NCBI GenBank assembly: GCA_009923445.1
Contig: RFTN01000002.1
Coordinates: 38,436 to 102,435 of the forward strand
Source of the DNA: a bacterium
Lineage (GTDB): Bacteria > Patescibacteriota > Saccharimonadia > Saccharimonadales > SZUA-47
Reading direction: 5' to 3'
DNA: 64,000 nt
The stretch's first letter is position 1; each line of letters starts with the position of its first letter. A program made the translations under genes and the position numbers. Under the pieces are notes generated by a model. That model was given only the letters and a program-made list of their open reading frames with translations, made no database searches and was not told the origin of the DNA. Shown piece by piece: positions 46,604 through 56,152 of the stretch.

Positions 46604-47923
46604 ATGGCTAAAATAATGCTTGTCGAAGACGACAATAACTTACGAGAAATTTACGAAGCCCGACTCTTAGCAGAGGGGTATGAAATAGTGACCGCCCGTG
46701 ACGGCGAAGAAGCCTTAGCTATAGCAGTTAAAGAGCGCCCAGATTTAGTTATTAGCGACGTTATGATGCCAAAAATTAGCGGTTTTGATATGCTAGATAT
46801 TTTGCGTAGCACCCCCGAAACCAAAAATGTAAAAGTCATAATGATGACGGCACTTAGCCAAGTCGAAGATAAAGAGCGGGCTGAAAAACTTGGTGCCGAC
46901 AGGTACCTAGTTAAATCACAGGTGACACTTGAAGATGTAGCGAGAGTGGCTCGTGAAGTATTAGAGCTCGATCAACCCACAACGTCAACTCCAGCACCAG
47001 CTGTTAACGCAGCTCCTATTGCACCAGTAGTCGACGCGCCACTACCAACTGCTGTTCCTGTAGCTACCACTGAGCAACCGGCAGTAGTAGCGCCACCAGC
47101 ACCAACCGTTAATGAACAGGCCGCGACCACTACGAGCACACAACCAAACCCTATTACTGTTACTGATATAAACGATCAAGTGCCAAGCATAGATAGTACT
47201 ACCACGGCCGAACCACCCCAATTAGACGCATCTGGCATAACAGATTTGTCATCTCAAAATATTCCTGCTTCTGAGGTTGAAAAAGCTACTTTGCCAGAGA
47301 CTCAAACGACGCAAGAAGTGCCAGGTGATAATGAAATCATTCAACCGTCTGCAAAATCTTGGAATCTAGAAACGCAAGCTACCGACACTAATGAACAACA
47401 AGTAGGCGTATCGTCTGAGCAAGCAAGCAGTGTTGATGCAATTGCAGCCGCTGAAGAAAAAGTTAATAGCGTAGATACAGTCAGTATAGAAGACGAAGAG
47501 ACAGCCATAGCAAAACAAATTGAAACAATGATTGGCAAAACGACACCGACAGAATCAACTACTACCCAAAATCAAGGTACTCCTACAACTTTAGCTAACA
47601 CCGGTAGTGTTGTTGCTGCTGAATCAGCTGTTAGCTCAGCACAACAAGCAACGCCACCTACGGAGCATACTGTGCCGCCAGAACAAAGCGCGAGCGCCAC
47701 ATCGCCAACTAGCACTGAGGGCCAAAAAGTCATACAGCCACTCACCAACGCTACGCAGCCAACAGGACCAGATATTCACGAACTTGCTGCCAAAGAAGAT
47801 GCGATTACGGCCGTTCACAGCAGCGGAAGTGTTATTACTCCGACCGAAGTAGGCGATACGACAGCAGAAAATAAGGTAGAATCAAAACCGGCAGGTATCG
47901 ATCCTAATTCATTAGCCTTATAA
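46604..47923 (+). CDS. response regulator: receiver domain plus a low-complexity tail of about 310 aa (no recognisable output domain)
   Basis: MLVEDD, DLVISDVMMPKISGFDML, ADRYLVKS. The rest is rich in Thr/Pro/Ala/Gln/Glu/Ser. Confidence 0.8.
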   Translation: MAKIMLVEDDNNLREIYEARLLAEGYEIVTARDGEEALAIAVKERPDLVISDVMMPKISGFDMLDILRSTPETKNVKVIMMTALSQVEDKERAEKLGADRYLVKSQVTLEDVARVAREVLELDQPTTSTPAPAVNAAPIAPVVDAPLPTAVPVATTEQPAVVAPPAPTVNEQAATTTSTQPNPITVTDINDQVPSIDSTTTAEPPQLDASGITDLSSQNIPASEVEKATLPETQTTQEVPGDNEIIQPSAKSWNLETQATDTNEQQVGVSSEQASSVDAIAAAEEKVNSVDTVSIEDEETAIAKQIETMIGKTTPTESTTTQNQGTPTTLANTGSVVAAESAVSSAQQATPPTEHTVPPEQSASATSPTSTEGQKVIQPLTNATQPTGPDIHELAAKEDAITAVHSSGSVITPTEVGDTTAENKVESKPAGIDPNSLAL

Positions 47924-47930
47924 TAGTTAA

Positions 47931-48596
47931 ATGAGATTAAACAAATGGCTTGCAGAACATTCGCGTTATTCAAGGCGGGCAGCCGACGCATTGATTAGTC
48001 AAGGCAAGGTAGTTATAAACGGGCAGACTGCTTTGGTCGGCCAGCCGTACAACGACGGCGACACTGTTTTACTAGATGGTAAAATCATTAGTCAAACTAA
48101 CGCCAAAAAAATTGTCGTATTACTACATAAACCAGTTAGTTATGTGTGTAGCCGAAACGGGCAGGGTGCTCAAACTGTATACAGTTTAATTCCTGTTCAT
48201 TTGCACAGCTTAGACATTGCCGGCAGGCTAGATAAAGACAGCTCAGGCCTAGTAGTACTAACTAATGATGGTACACTTTTGCACGACCTTACGCATCCGT
48301 CACACAATAAAGTTAAAGAATATATAGTGGGTTTAGATGTGCCCCTAGCGTCTCAGCACCAAGCAGCCATACAACAAGGTGTTAAGCTTGAAGATGGGTT
48401 AAGTAAGCTGCAGCTTGTCTTGTTAGATGCAAGTAAACACAAATGGCAAGTGACCATGCATGAAGGCCGCAACAGGCAAATTAGACGCACTTTTGAGGCG
48501 CTAGGATATACCATTGTTAGTCTGCACCGCACCCGCATGGACAACTACCTGATAGGAACAATTCCTACTGGCAAGTTTAAGCAGTTATCTGCGTAG
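47931..48596 (+). CDS. RsuA/RluB-family pseudouridine synthase with an S4 domain
   Basis: MRLNKWLAEHSRYSRRAADALI (S4), GRLDKDSSGLVVLTNDG (catalytic Asp), GRNRQIRR. Confidence 0.85.
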   Translation: MRLNKWLAEHSRYSRRAADALISQGKVVINGQTALVGQPYNDGDTVLLDGKIISQTNAKKIVVLLHKPVSYVCSRNGQGAQTVYSLIPVHLHSLDIAGRLDKDSSGLVVLTNDGTLLHDLTHPSHNKVKEYIVGLDVPLASQHQAAIQQGVKLEDGLSKLQLVLLDASKHKWQVTMHEGRNRQIRRTFEALGYTIVSLHRTRMDNYLIGTIPTGKFKQLSA

Positions 48597-49001
48597 TGAT
48601 GCCAGCAATTCTTTATTAATTCGTTGATTGCCTACAATATAAATTGAAGTTATGTTTGTGTAGCTTGGTACAACATTATTAGGGCCGCACTCCATTATAT
48701 ATCTCATACCACCAAACAGTACGCCACGCATGAAATCCTGTGGTAAACATTGGTTTTTTTTGCGATCCATGAGCGCTTCGGTAGTACAAGAGCCTAAAAT
48801 CTTAACTGGGCGACCATCTACCGGCATACTGCTAAGTATGCGTAAATCTACGTATGGCTCAGGGCCACTCGTCAGTATTTGAAACTCATCAAAAACACCC
48901 TCACTTCTAGTACGTATGCGAACAATCTCACCTGGAGTTGTCTGTATAAGATCTAAACGATGCAGCGGGGTTTTATCTATCACAATATATTTATAACACA
49001 A
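48585..49001 (-). CDS. hypothetical protein
   Basis: 138-aa ORF with a TTG start as listed. The start is uncertain and I recognise no motif. Confidence 0.4.
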   Translation of the reverse strand: MCYKYIVIDKTPLHRLDLIQTTPGEIVRIRTRSEGVFDEFQILTSGPEPYVDLRILSSMPVDGRPVKILGSCTTEALMDRKKNQCLPQDFMRGVLFGGMRYIMECGPNNVVPSYTNITSIYIVGNQRINKELLASLRR

Positions 49002-49063
49002 TTGTACTTTTATTACAAATACTTCTACGTTTAGAGTGCCATATCTGTTATAATATTCACAAT

Positions 49064-50464
49064 ATGAGTAAAAAAATTCCTATTGTTGCGCTGGTTGGGC
49101 GTGCAAATGTCGGTAAATCCAGCCTGTTTAACGCAATTATTGGCCGCCGCGAGGCAATTGTTGCTAACGAACCCGGCACCACCCGAGACAGCATAAGCGC
49201 CAAGGCTACTACTATTGATGGTAGTGATTTTTGGCTCGTAGATACTGCGGGCATGAAGGATGCCGTTGACGACTTTGAATTTACGATTCAAGAACAAATC
49301 GCCCAGGCAGCAGATAGTGCCGATGTTATTTTAGTTGTTGCTGAAGCCCATGTGGGCATTAACGACGAGGACCGCCGTGTTGCCAAAATGGCACTTAAAA
49401 CGCGTAAACCCGTTATACTGCTCGTAAACAAGGCTGATAAAGCTAAAAATAGCACTGCGGGTTTTGAGCGACTTGGTATTAAAACAATTATTGCTACTAG
49501 TGCCGTGCACCACACAGGGCTAGAGGAGCTTTTGCGTCATATAGACGAGCTTGTGCCGCAAAGCAGCATATTGGTAGCCGACGACCGTATTCGTGTAGCC
49601 ATACTAGGTCGCCCTAACGTCGGTAAATCTAGCCTATTTAATGCTCTGAGCAGTAAGCAGCAGGCCGTTGTAGCCGACAGGGCAGGTACCACGCGTGACA
49701 TAAACCGCACCGTAGTCACGTATCATAAAAAAGAGATTGAACTACTCGACACCGCTGGCATACGCCGCAGCGGTAAAATAGAGACCGGTGTTGAACAGTT
49801 TAGTGTGTTGCGCAGTTTAAGCGCTATTGAACAATCAGACATATGTTTACTCCTTATAGATGCCACCGAACTGAGTGTTGCGCTCGACCAAAAAATTGCA
49901 GGCCTCATTAAAGAGGCAGGTAAGGGGCTGGTATTAGTAGTCAGTAAGTGGGACAAGCTAGACAAAGACGCCTACACCCGCGACCGTATAGCTCCGTTAA
50001 TATCCGAAGATTACAAATTTGCACCGTGGGCAACCCTTATTTTTACCAGTAGCGAAACTGGCCAAAATGTCACCAAAATTTTTGATATTGTGCTTGAAAT
50101 TATGAACAAGCGTGCCCAAAAACTTAAGACTGCCGAGCTAAACCGCTGGCTAAAACGAATGACCGACAAGCATCCACCAGCAGGACTAAAAAACAAGCAA
50201 CCTAAACTGCGCTATATGGTGCAAGAAGAAAACCCAATTCCGGCATTTAGAATTTATGGTAGCCAAACTAAGTTTGTACACTGGAGCTATAGACGGTACC
50301 TCGAACGAGAGCTGCGCGAAAGCTACGACTTTAGCGGAACGCCACTACAGCTATGGTTTATAGACCGCGACGCAGAGCGCACGGGCGAGTTAGAGGCAGC
50401 ACCAAACACCTACAATCCCATTAAGCGCAAAAACAGCAAATTACGTAAAATGGGCAAAAAGTAA
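49064..50464 (+). CDS. der: ribosome-associated GTPase Der (EngA), double GTPase domains
   Basis: Two G1 motifs (GRANVGKSSLFN, GRPNVGKSSLFN), DTAG twice, NKAD / SKWD, and a KH-like C-terminus. Confidence 0.92.
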   Translation: MSKKIPIVALVGRANVGKSSLFNAIIGRREAIVANEPGTTRDSISAKATTIDGSDFWLVDTAGMKDAVDDFEFTIQEQIAQAADSADVILVVAEAHVGINDEDRRVAKMALKTRKPVILLVNKADKAKNSTAGFERLGIKTIIATSAVHHTGLEELLRHIDELVPQSSILVADDRIRVAILGRPNVGKSSLFNALSSKQQAVVADRAGTTRDINRTVVTYHKKEIELLDTAGIRRSGKIETGVEQFSVLRSLSAIEQSDICLLLIDATELSVALDQKIAGLIKEAGKGLVLVVSKWDKLDKDAYTRDRIAPLISEDYKFAPWATLIFTSSETGQNVTKIFDIVLEIMNKRAQKLKTAELNRWLKRMTDKHPPAGLKNKQPKLRYMVQEENPIPAFRIYGSQTKFVHWSYRRYLERELRESYDFSGTPLQLWFIDRDAERTGELEAAPNTYNPIKRKNSKLRKMGKK

Positions 50465-51099
50465 TGGCATTGTTTATAAAAAAGAACGAAGTCGGATCAC
50501 ATACACCAATCTATAGCGTCAGTGCGCAGCATATTTTAATGGTTGTTGGTTTGGGCAACATAGGGCCTGAATACGATGGCACACGCCACAATATTGGCTT
50601 TGAGGCGATAGATTACCTTGCAAACCAATACGACGCGCCCTGGGCCCTTAAAAAAGACCTAAAAGCCTATGTAGCCAGTACGGTTATGGGTAGTACCCGT
50701 GTTTTGTTTGTAAAACCGACTACTTTTATGAATTTAAGTGGCGAAGCAGTGCAGGCAGTGGCGCATTTTTATAAGGTGCCACAAAAAGACATGCTTATCG
50801 TGCATGACGAGCTAGATATAGACTTCGGCAAAATACGCACCAGTAACGACGGAAGCCATGCTGGTAACAACGGTATTAAATCTATTATTGGAATTTTTGG
50901 CGAAAAGTTTAGTCGTTTGCGCATTGGTATCGGCCCTAAAAAACCAGCTCAAATTGATGCTGCCGACTTTGTACTTGGTACTTTTACAGCCGCACAACAA
51001 AAAGAACTCCCTCTTATTATTAAAGAGGTTGCCAGTATGGTTGCTGACCGCAGCGCCAGCGGCGAGCTATTTGTAGAAACCCGCACGGTATTATTTTAG
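50464..51099 (+). CDS. pth: peptidyl-tRNA hydrolase
   Basis: VVGLGNIGPEYDGTRHNIGF, TFMNLSG, HDELD, GHNGIKS-like AGNNGIKS. Confidence 0.9.
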   Translation: MALFIKKNEVGSHTPIYSVSAQHILMVVGLGNIGPEYDGTRHNIGFEAIDYLANQYDAPWALKKDLKAYVASTVMGSTRVLFVKPTTFMNLSGEAVQAVAHFYKVPQKDMLIVHDELDIDFGKIRTSNDGSHAGNNGIKSIIGIFGEKFSRLRIGIGPKKPAQIDAADFVLGTFTAAQQKELPLIIKEVASMVADRSASGELFVETRTVLF

Positions 51100-51837
51100 A
51101 TATTCGTCTCGTATTTCATAAGCTCTATCTTGTGCAGATTGCATCATATTGTAGAGCAGCGGAGTCAGTTCGCGTGCTGTTGTAAAAGAAGCGCGGCGAT
51201 TACCTTCGGCAAAGGGCACTTCTAGTGGCTCGCTAAAGGCGATTACTGTTGGAACACTGGATCCAATTGGCCGCTTGTTATCTTCGCTGGCAAGTCCAGC
51301 TATACCCATAGCAATAACCGACGTGCCGATATGTTGGGCTGCAAGCATAAGCGCCGTGGGCTTAACATCATGGACCACTCGCACATCTTCTTTTATTCGA
51401 GTACCTTCACTGTACAGCTTTACTACTTCGTCTTGCTCTAAAAAGTGGCCAAAGGCTAGTTCGATACCCTTCATACTAGGATTTAAGCGGTCGACCGCAC
51501 CAGCGCCCAAACTGTGCATTAGCCACGATACTGGCCGATTAGGAAAGTTTTGTTGCCTTGACACGGGGCGAGGGCGCTCAAACCCAGCTTTGGCAATAGC
51601 CGCAACAGTTGCGGGAATATCCCAGCCAGACCTATGAACGGGGCTAAAAATAGCTCTACCTCGATACTCTTTGGTTGCTTTTGGCACATCAATAATCAGG
51701 CGACCGTTTATAACTTGCGATACAGCACTTGCACCAGTCGATGCGATCAAACGCAGCGGCTTGTTAACCTTTTTACTGCGCAGCCATTCGTAATAGTCGG
51801 GGTGGTCCGGTGGGCTTAACCATGGTTTGTTGCTCAT
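51091..51837 (-). CDS. lysophospholipid (1-acyl-glycerol-3-phosphate type) acyltransferase-like protein
   Basis: HxxxxD motif in SPVHRSGWDIP and YSEGTR. Confidence 0.6.
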   Translation of the reverse strand: MSNKPWLSPPDHPDYYEWLRSKKVNKPLRLIASTGASAVSQVINGRLIIDVPKATKEYRGRAIFSPVHRSGWDIPATVAAIAKAGFERPRPVSRQQNFPNRPVSWLMHSLGAGAVDRLNPSMKGIELAFGHFLEQDEVVKLYSEGTRIKEDVRVVHDVKPTALMLAAQHIGTSVIAMGIAGLASEDNKRPIGSSVPTVIAFSEPLEVPFAEGNRRASFTTARELTPLLYNMMQSAQDRAYEIRDEYLK

Positions 51838-51922
51838 GTGTTTTGCAATTGTAACATACCAAAAATACTAATGTTTTTTATAAAACTTCTCAGCACTTTT
51901 ATAATTGCTGTGGTTCAATATT

Positions 51923-52372
51923 TTATTCTTGGTGTGTATGCAATAGCAAAAAGTCAGCCGTTGCACGGCTCAAAACTGGCTTATGTTTTGTGTATGCTGT
52001 TGGTTCATCGCCTTGCAGTTCGTTTATAAATGCTTCGAACTCTACAATATCGGTAATAGTGAGGGCAGTAATTATGCTGTAAAGTTTAGTATCATTGAGC
52101 GACGCGTATACGTAATCAGTATCGGAAGTATATAAGCGGTGGACCGCGTGCCCTATGCCTCGTTGGCGTAGTTCATGGGCAATTCGACGTTCTTGCCTGG
52201 TTGCAAGTGCTGCAATCTGCGGGCTTAGGCCTTGTTGCTGTAATAAAGCTTTACTGCGCCGTACAGATTGCGACGGGTGATTGGGCAGCAAAATACTAAA
52301 CGGCGAATCAGGAATATCTGGGTGTTTTATAGTACTTTGCTCCATTGTTAAATAATATTCGTTAATCAACAT
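51923..52372 (-). CDS. hypothetical protein
   Basis: 149-aa ORF. The internal ATG at 52345 lies 6 nt after TATTAT (52357..52352) and may be the true, leaderless start. Confidence 0.45.
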   Translation of the reverse strand: MLINEYYLTMEQSTIKHPDIPDSPFSILLPNHPSQSVRRSKALLQQQGLSPQIAALATRQERRIAHELRQRGIGHAVHRLYTSDTDYVYASLNDTKLYSIITALTITDIVEFEAFINELQGDEPTAYTKHKPVLSRATADFLLLHTHQE

Positions 52373-52394
52373 ACTAGTCTACTCTAAATATAAA

Positions 52395-52756
52395 TATAAA
52401 CAGCCTCCAGAGGGGGTGGGCACCGCTGGAGGCTGATTACACCCTTCAACCCACCTTGAAGGCCTCCCTTAAACAAACTCGCAAAAGATGTTTAAGGGCC
52501 CACTCTAGGATTGCCGCATCGCATACCAAGCTCAAATAAAACGAGTGGATGGTGCGGGGTTAAAGGGGTTAGTCTGTTTTAGAACGGTACTACGCGAACG
52601 TAGAAACGTTTGAAGCAACAATAGGACGTGGAGGGTAACAACGGCTACCTGCTAGCCAAACACGCTCTAAAACAACCTAACGTCTCTGTAATTTTTGGTT
52701 ACAGGATGTTAATTTTGGGTATAAGGTGCGTGAAGTACAAATAATGTACTTAACAG
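52395..52756 (-). ncRNA. candidate structured non-coding RNA or long leader (class unknown)
   Basis: About 360 nt between a near-consensus promoter and the terminator, with no ORF above 10 codons. Hand-found helices include gttttaga/tctaaaac (52576-52583 with 52666-52673), enclosing a ctacg-UUCG-cgtag hairpin (52590-52603). Confidence 0.45.
52401..52435 (-). terminator. intrinsic terminator (10-bp GC-rich stem, T-rich tail on the minus strand)
   Basis: cagcctccag (52401-52410) pairs with ctggaggctg (52426-52435). On the minus strand the stem is followed by tttatatttatattt. Confidence 0.65.
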
Positions 52757-52762
52757 GTTGCA

Positions 52763-52791
52763 ATTTTAGCAAATATATTTCATTATGTCAA
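52763..52791 (-). promoter_or_regulatory. sigma70-type promoter TTGACA-17 nt-TAAAAT with TG extension
   Basis: The minus strand reads ttgacataatgaaatatatttgctaaaat (-35 at 52791..52786, -10 at 52768..52763). Confidence 0.55.
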
Positions 52792-52810
52792 TAGTAGAAT
52801 ATTTATTTGT

Positions 52811-53683
52811 ATGAATAGCAATAATAGTATAATAAAACATAAGCTCAATGGAATAGTGGCAGATAGAGTCAGCCAGCTACACGACGCACCACAAACGTTA
52901 TTTTATTTAGGTGCCGACCCGAACGAGCTATTACAGGGCCCAAGCGTTGCAATTGTCGGGTCGCGCAAAATGACACCGTACGGCCACGCGGTCACTACAA
53001 AACTAGCAACCGACCTTACAAGGGCAGGGGTAACAGTTGTAAGTGGCCTTGCCCTAGGCGTAGATGCCGCAGCACAGCGTGCGGTAGTGGCTGCTGGCGG
53101 CAAAACAATCGCGGTATTGGCTGGTGGGCTTGATGCCATACACCCAGCGTCACACGCTGGTTTAGCACGGCAAATAGTCGACCTGGGCGGGGTATTGGCA
53201 AGCGAATACACCGTAGGGGTACCGGCACATAAATCGCAATTTATAGCCCGCAACCGTTTGGTGGCGGCATTAGCAGACGCCGTTATAATCACCGAGGCTG
53301 CAATTAAAAGTGGCAGTTTACATACAGCTGACTTTGCGCTTGATTTGGGTAAGCCCATTTGTGCTGTACCAGGGCCTATTACTAGCAATACCAGCCAAGG
53401 CACCAACCAGTTACTTAAAAACGGCGCACACGTCATTGCGTGCGCTCAAGACGTATTAGATATTTTAGGTATCGGTCCACTCACCTCTAAGCAACAAACA
53501 ATTTTTGGCCTCAATCCTCAGCAAATGAAGATACTATCACTTATGCAAACAGGAGTTAATAAAAGCGAAGAACTTTACGCCAAAGCTGGTATGAACGAAT
53601 CCGACTTTGCCCAAGCACTCACCATGCTCGAAATTCATGGGCATATACGCAGCCTTGGCAGCAGTAATTGGCAATTACTTTAA
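52811..53683 (+). CDS. dprA: DNA processing protein DprA
   Basis: VAIVGSRKMTPYG, VVSGLALGVDAAAQRA, SGSLHTADFALDLGKPICAVPG. Confidence 0.9.
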   Translation: MNSNNSIIKHKLNGIVADRVSQLHDAPQTLFYLGADPNELLQGPSVAIVGSRKMTPYGHAVTTKLATDLTRAGVTVVSGLALGVDAAAQRAVVAAGGKTIAVLAGGLDAIHPASHAGLARQIVDLGGVLASEYTVGVPAHKSQFIARNRLVAALADAVIITEAAIKSGSLHTADFALDLGKPICAVPGPITSNTSQGTNQLLKNGAHVIACAQDVLDILGIGPLTSKQQTIFGLNPQQMKILSLMQTGVNKSEELYAKAGMNESDFAQALTMLEIHGHIRSLGSSNWQLL

Positions 53684-53767
53684 CAACGAATAGTTAAATC
53701 AAAAAACATTAAACCCGATTCAATTACACTTAACTATTATTTATTTTCGTACTATACTGAAAAAAGT

Positions 53768-55357
53768 ATGAAAAAATGGGGAGTCGTTGTCGTATTAGCT
53801 GCAGCCCAATTTGTTATGGTACTTGATAGTACCGTCATGAATGTGTCTATTTCGCAGATTGTACAAGACCTAGGCACAACAGTATCGGCATTACAAACAG
53901 CCATTACATTTTACGCACTCACTATGGCGTCGCTCATGCTTATTGGAGCTAAGTTGTGTAACAAGTGGGGGCTGATGCGTGCCTTTACTATTGGTTCGGT
54001 TATATACGGAATAGGTTCTCTTATTACTGCACTAAGCCCAAATGTGACCACTCTATTTATTGGCTGGTCAGTCATAGAAGGCCTTGGTGCGGTGCTAGTT
54101 ATACCTGCAGTCACGGCTATAATTGCGCTCAGCTACAAGGGTAAAGAACGCGTAACAGCATATGCAATTATTGGTGGCGTTAGTGGCATGGCCGCTGCAG
54201 CAGGCCCACTTATTGGTGGTTTTATGACAACCTATTTGTCGTGGAGATATGTGTTTGTTGCCGAAACAATCGTTATGGTAGTAGTACTGTTTAAAGCAAA
54301 GTCATTTAAGGTTAATGCACCACCACAAAAAGGCAAGCTAGATATACAAAGCGCGCTACTGTCGGCGAGCGGCCTATTGCTGATTGTATACGGCATGTTA
54401 CTTAGCAAAACGCTCGGGTGGGTAAGCCCGATGCAAATACCAAACATAGGCGGCTACGATATAGCACCTTTTGGCGTCTCTATAGTTACCTACATGATTC
54501 TTACTGGCATAGTTATAATCAAATTCTTTTTTGACCGGCAAACAATGCTTGAGGCTAACCCACAGGGCGAGCCACTACTTAAAGTGTCACTCCTAAAAAG
54601 CAAACAGTTACGCGCTACTTTATCGGTGTTATCGTCACAGTATGTTATAACGGCGGCAACGTTTTTTGTTATACCTATTTACTTACAAATTTCGCAGGGT
54701 TTAAACGCGCTACAAACCGGCATTAAGATAATGCCGCTATCTATAGCGCTTATAGTAGCCTCTGTCATCGGTTCAAAACTAATTAACCGGTACACGCCAA
54801 AACAAATTGTACGAGCCGGGCAAATACTAATGGTCGCCGGCGTGGTTGTGTTGCTGGCTGCAATTGACCCAGAGCTTACGAGTGTTGCCCTTAGCGTGTC
54901 GCTCGCACTGCTTGGTTTTGGGCTTGGCCTATTAGCATCACAGCTTGCAAATGTCGCAATAGATGCAGCAGGCAGCCAAAATTCTAGTGAAGTTGGTGGC
55001 ATGACTGGTACGTTTCAGAACCTTGGCAGTTCACTGGGCACGGCATTAATTGGGTCAGTCATGGTCGCGTCATTAACAACCGGGTTTGTGTCAAACATTA
55101 ACACCTCAACATTACCCGATTCAATCAAGACGTATATTACACAGCAATACCAAACTGGCGTATCAATTGTGTCGCCTAGCGATGTTACGGCCTATGCGCA
55201 GTCGCAGGGTATAGATACCCAAACCGCTACTGACATTGCCGACACATATAGCCAATCGCAACTTGTCAGCCTAAAGCGATCAATATTTTTCTTGGCAGTC
55301 ATTGCAGCAATGTCATTACTGTTGTCAAAGCATATACCCAACAAAAAAGTAGCCTAG
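53768..55357 (+). CDS. MFS transporter, 14-TM DHA2 (EmrB/QacA-like) type
   Basis: VMVLDSTVMNVSI near the N-terminus, about 14 hydrophobic helices, 529 aa. Confidence 0.8.
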   Translation: MKKWGVVVVLAAAQFVMVLDSTVMNVSISQIVQDLGTTVSALQTAITFYALTMASLMLIGAKLCNKWGLMRAFTIGSVIYGIGSLITALSPNVTTLFIGWSVIEGLGAVLVIPAVTAIIALSYKGKERVTAYAIIGGVSGMAAAAGPLIGGFMTTYLSWRYVFVAETIVMVVVLFKAKSFKVNAPPQKGKLDIQSALLSASGLLLIVYGMLLSKTLGWVSPMQIPNIGGYDIAPFGVSIVTYMILTGIVIIKFFFDRQTMLEANPQGEPLLKVSLLKSKQLRATLSVLSSQYVITAATFFVIPIYLQISQGLNALQTGIKIMPLSIALIVASVIGSKLINRYTPKQIVRAGQILMVAGVVVLLAAIDPELTSVALSVSLALLGFGLGLLASQLANVAIDAAGSQNSSEVGGMTGTFQNLGSSLGTALIGSVMVASLTTGFVSNINTSTLPDSIKTYITQQYQTGVSIVSPSDVTAYAQSQGIDTQTATDIADTYSQSQLVSLKRSIFFLAVIAAMSLLLSKHIPNKKVA

Positions 55358-55469
55358 TTTAGTTTTATGAAAATAACTTATTTACTTAGCTTTAGGTCAG
55401 TACTAGCTATGAACCTAGCGGACCTTGGTTATACTAGTAAATAGTACGTTTTTTTACTACAATAAGCTC

Positions 55470-56006
55470 ATGATTAATCCTAATTCAATGCCAGACAATG
55501 GTTCTATACACGAAAAAGTAGTGCTTAAACTCAATGGATCATTGGCCGCTTTTGAAGGCACGCCTATGACTCCACTTATATATGAGGCACTTACAGAGGC
55601 AGGTATCCCAGTTGAAGGACATAGCTTAAAAGGCCTTTCGTTCCCTGATGGCTATGACAACTACTACGGACTGCCTGTTGATACTCCAGATGAATTTAAC
55701 CCGAGTGAGCATGGCATATCGCCTATAGTCACTCGTATGCAAGAATCAGTGCAAAACGGTGAAGTACGGGTAGATACCCCAGATTTTAACACTTTACGTT
55801 TTAGAAGAGAGCCACTTTTAACAACCGATGGCACAAATCTGACATTTCTTACTGAAAAACTAATGCCAATTGGCCTTAGACGATTAACAGATGTTGAAAC
55901 CGGTGAAGTAGTTTGCTACCAGGCACTAATGAATACTGATGGAGGCCGACCCGGCTACGTGATGCTCCCGACTTCACTAGTTGAAAATGTGCCTGTACGG
56001 CACTAA
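55470..56006 (+). CDS. hypothetical protein
   Basis: I moved the start to ATG 55470, 6 nt after TACAAT (55458-55463). Confidence 0.5.
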   Translation: MINPNSMPDNGSIHEKVVLKLNGSLAAFEGTPMTPLIYEALTEAGIPVEGHSLKGLSFPDGYDNYYGLPVDTPDEFNPSEHGISPIVTRMQESVQNGEVRVDTPDFNTLRFRREPLLTTDGTNLTFLTEKLMPIGLRRLTDVETGEVVCYQALMNTDGGRPGYVMLPTSLVENVPVRH

Positions 56007-56152
56007 TGCCTTGCAAATTGCTACATACACTCAAATAACTTTAGAAACACAATAAAGTAGAAAAACTTGCATTTATACACGTACACCTGCTAAGGTAGCG
56101 GTTGCGCTATATGAACTTACACGAGTAGCGTGTTAAGCTAAAGGTTAAACAT

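Noticed and set aside
52411-52425. GGGTGGGCACCGC on the + strand resembles the T-box core AGGGUGGUACCGCG
   Set aside because: It is one nt longer than the consensus. It sits in the loop of the terminator hairpin. It is on the strand that lacks a U-tract and a nearby downstream aminoacyl-tRNA-related gene. The orientation and context are therefore wrong for a T-box riboswitch.
52395-52756. Whether the non-coding unit is tmRNA, RNase P RNA or SRP RNA
   Set aside because: There is no GGGG...CCACCA acceptor pairing or GGTTCGA-type T arm for tmRNA, although a short frame ending ...STFA* exists. There is no GAGGAAAGTCC / ACAGAA..CGGCTTA P4 elements for RNase P. There is no GGAAGCAGCC-type domain IV for SRP. 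I left it as unknown class.
52903-53436. 177-aa minus-strand ORF (with 53016..53228) antisense to dprA
   Set aside because: It is a shadow ORF in the GC-richer, Ala/Gly-rich part of a clearly recognisable dprA. Its composition is Ala/Pro/Arg-rich, which is typical of antisense frames.
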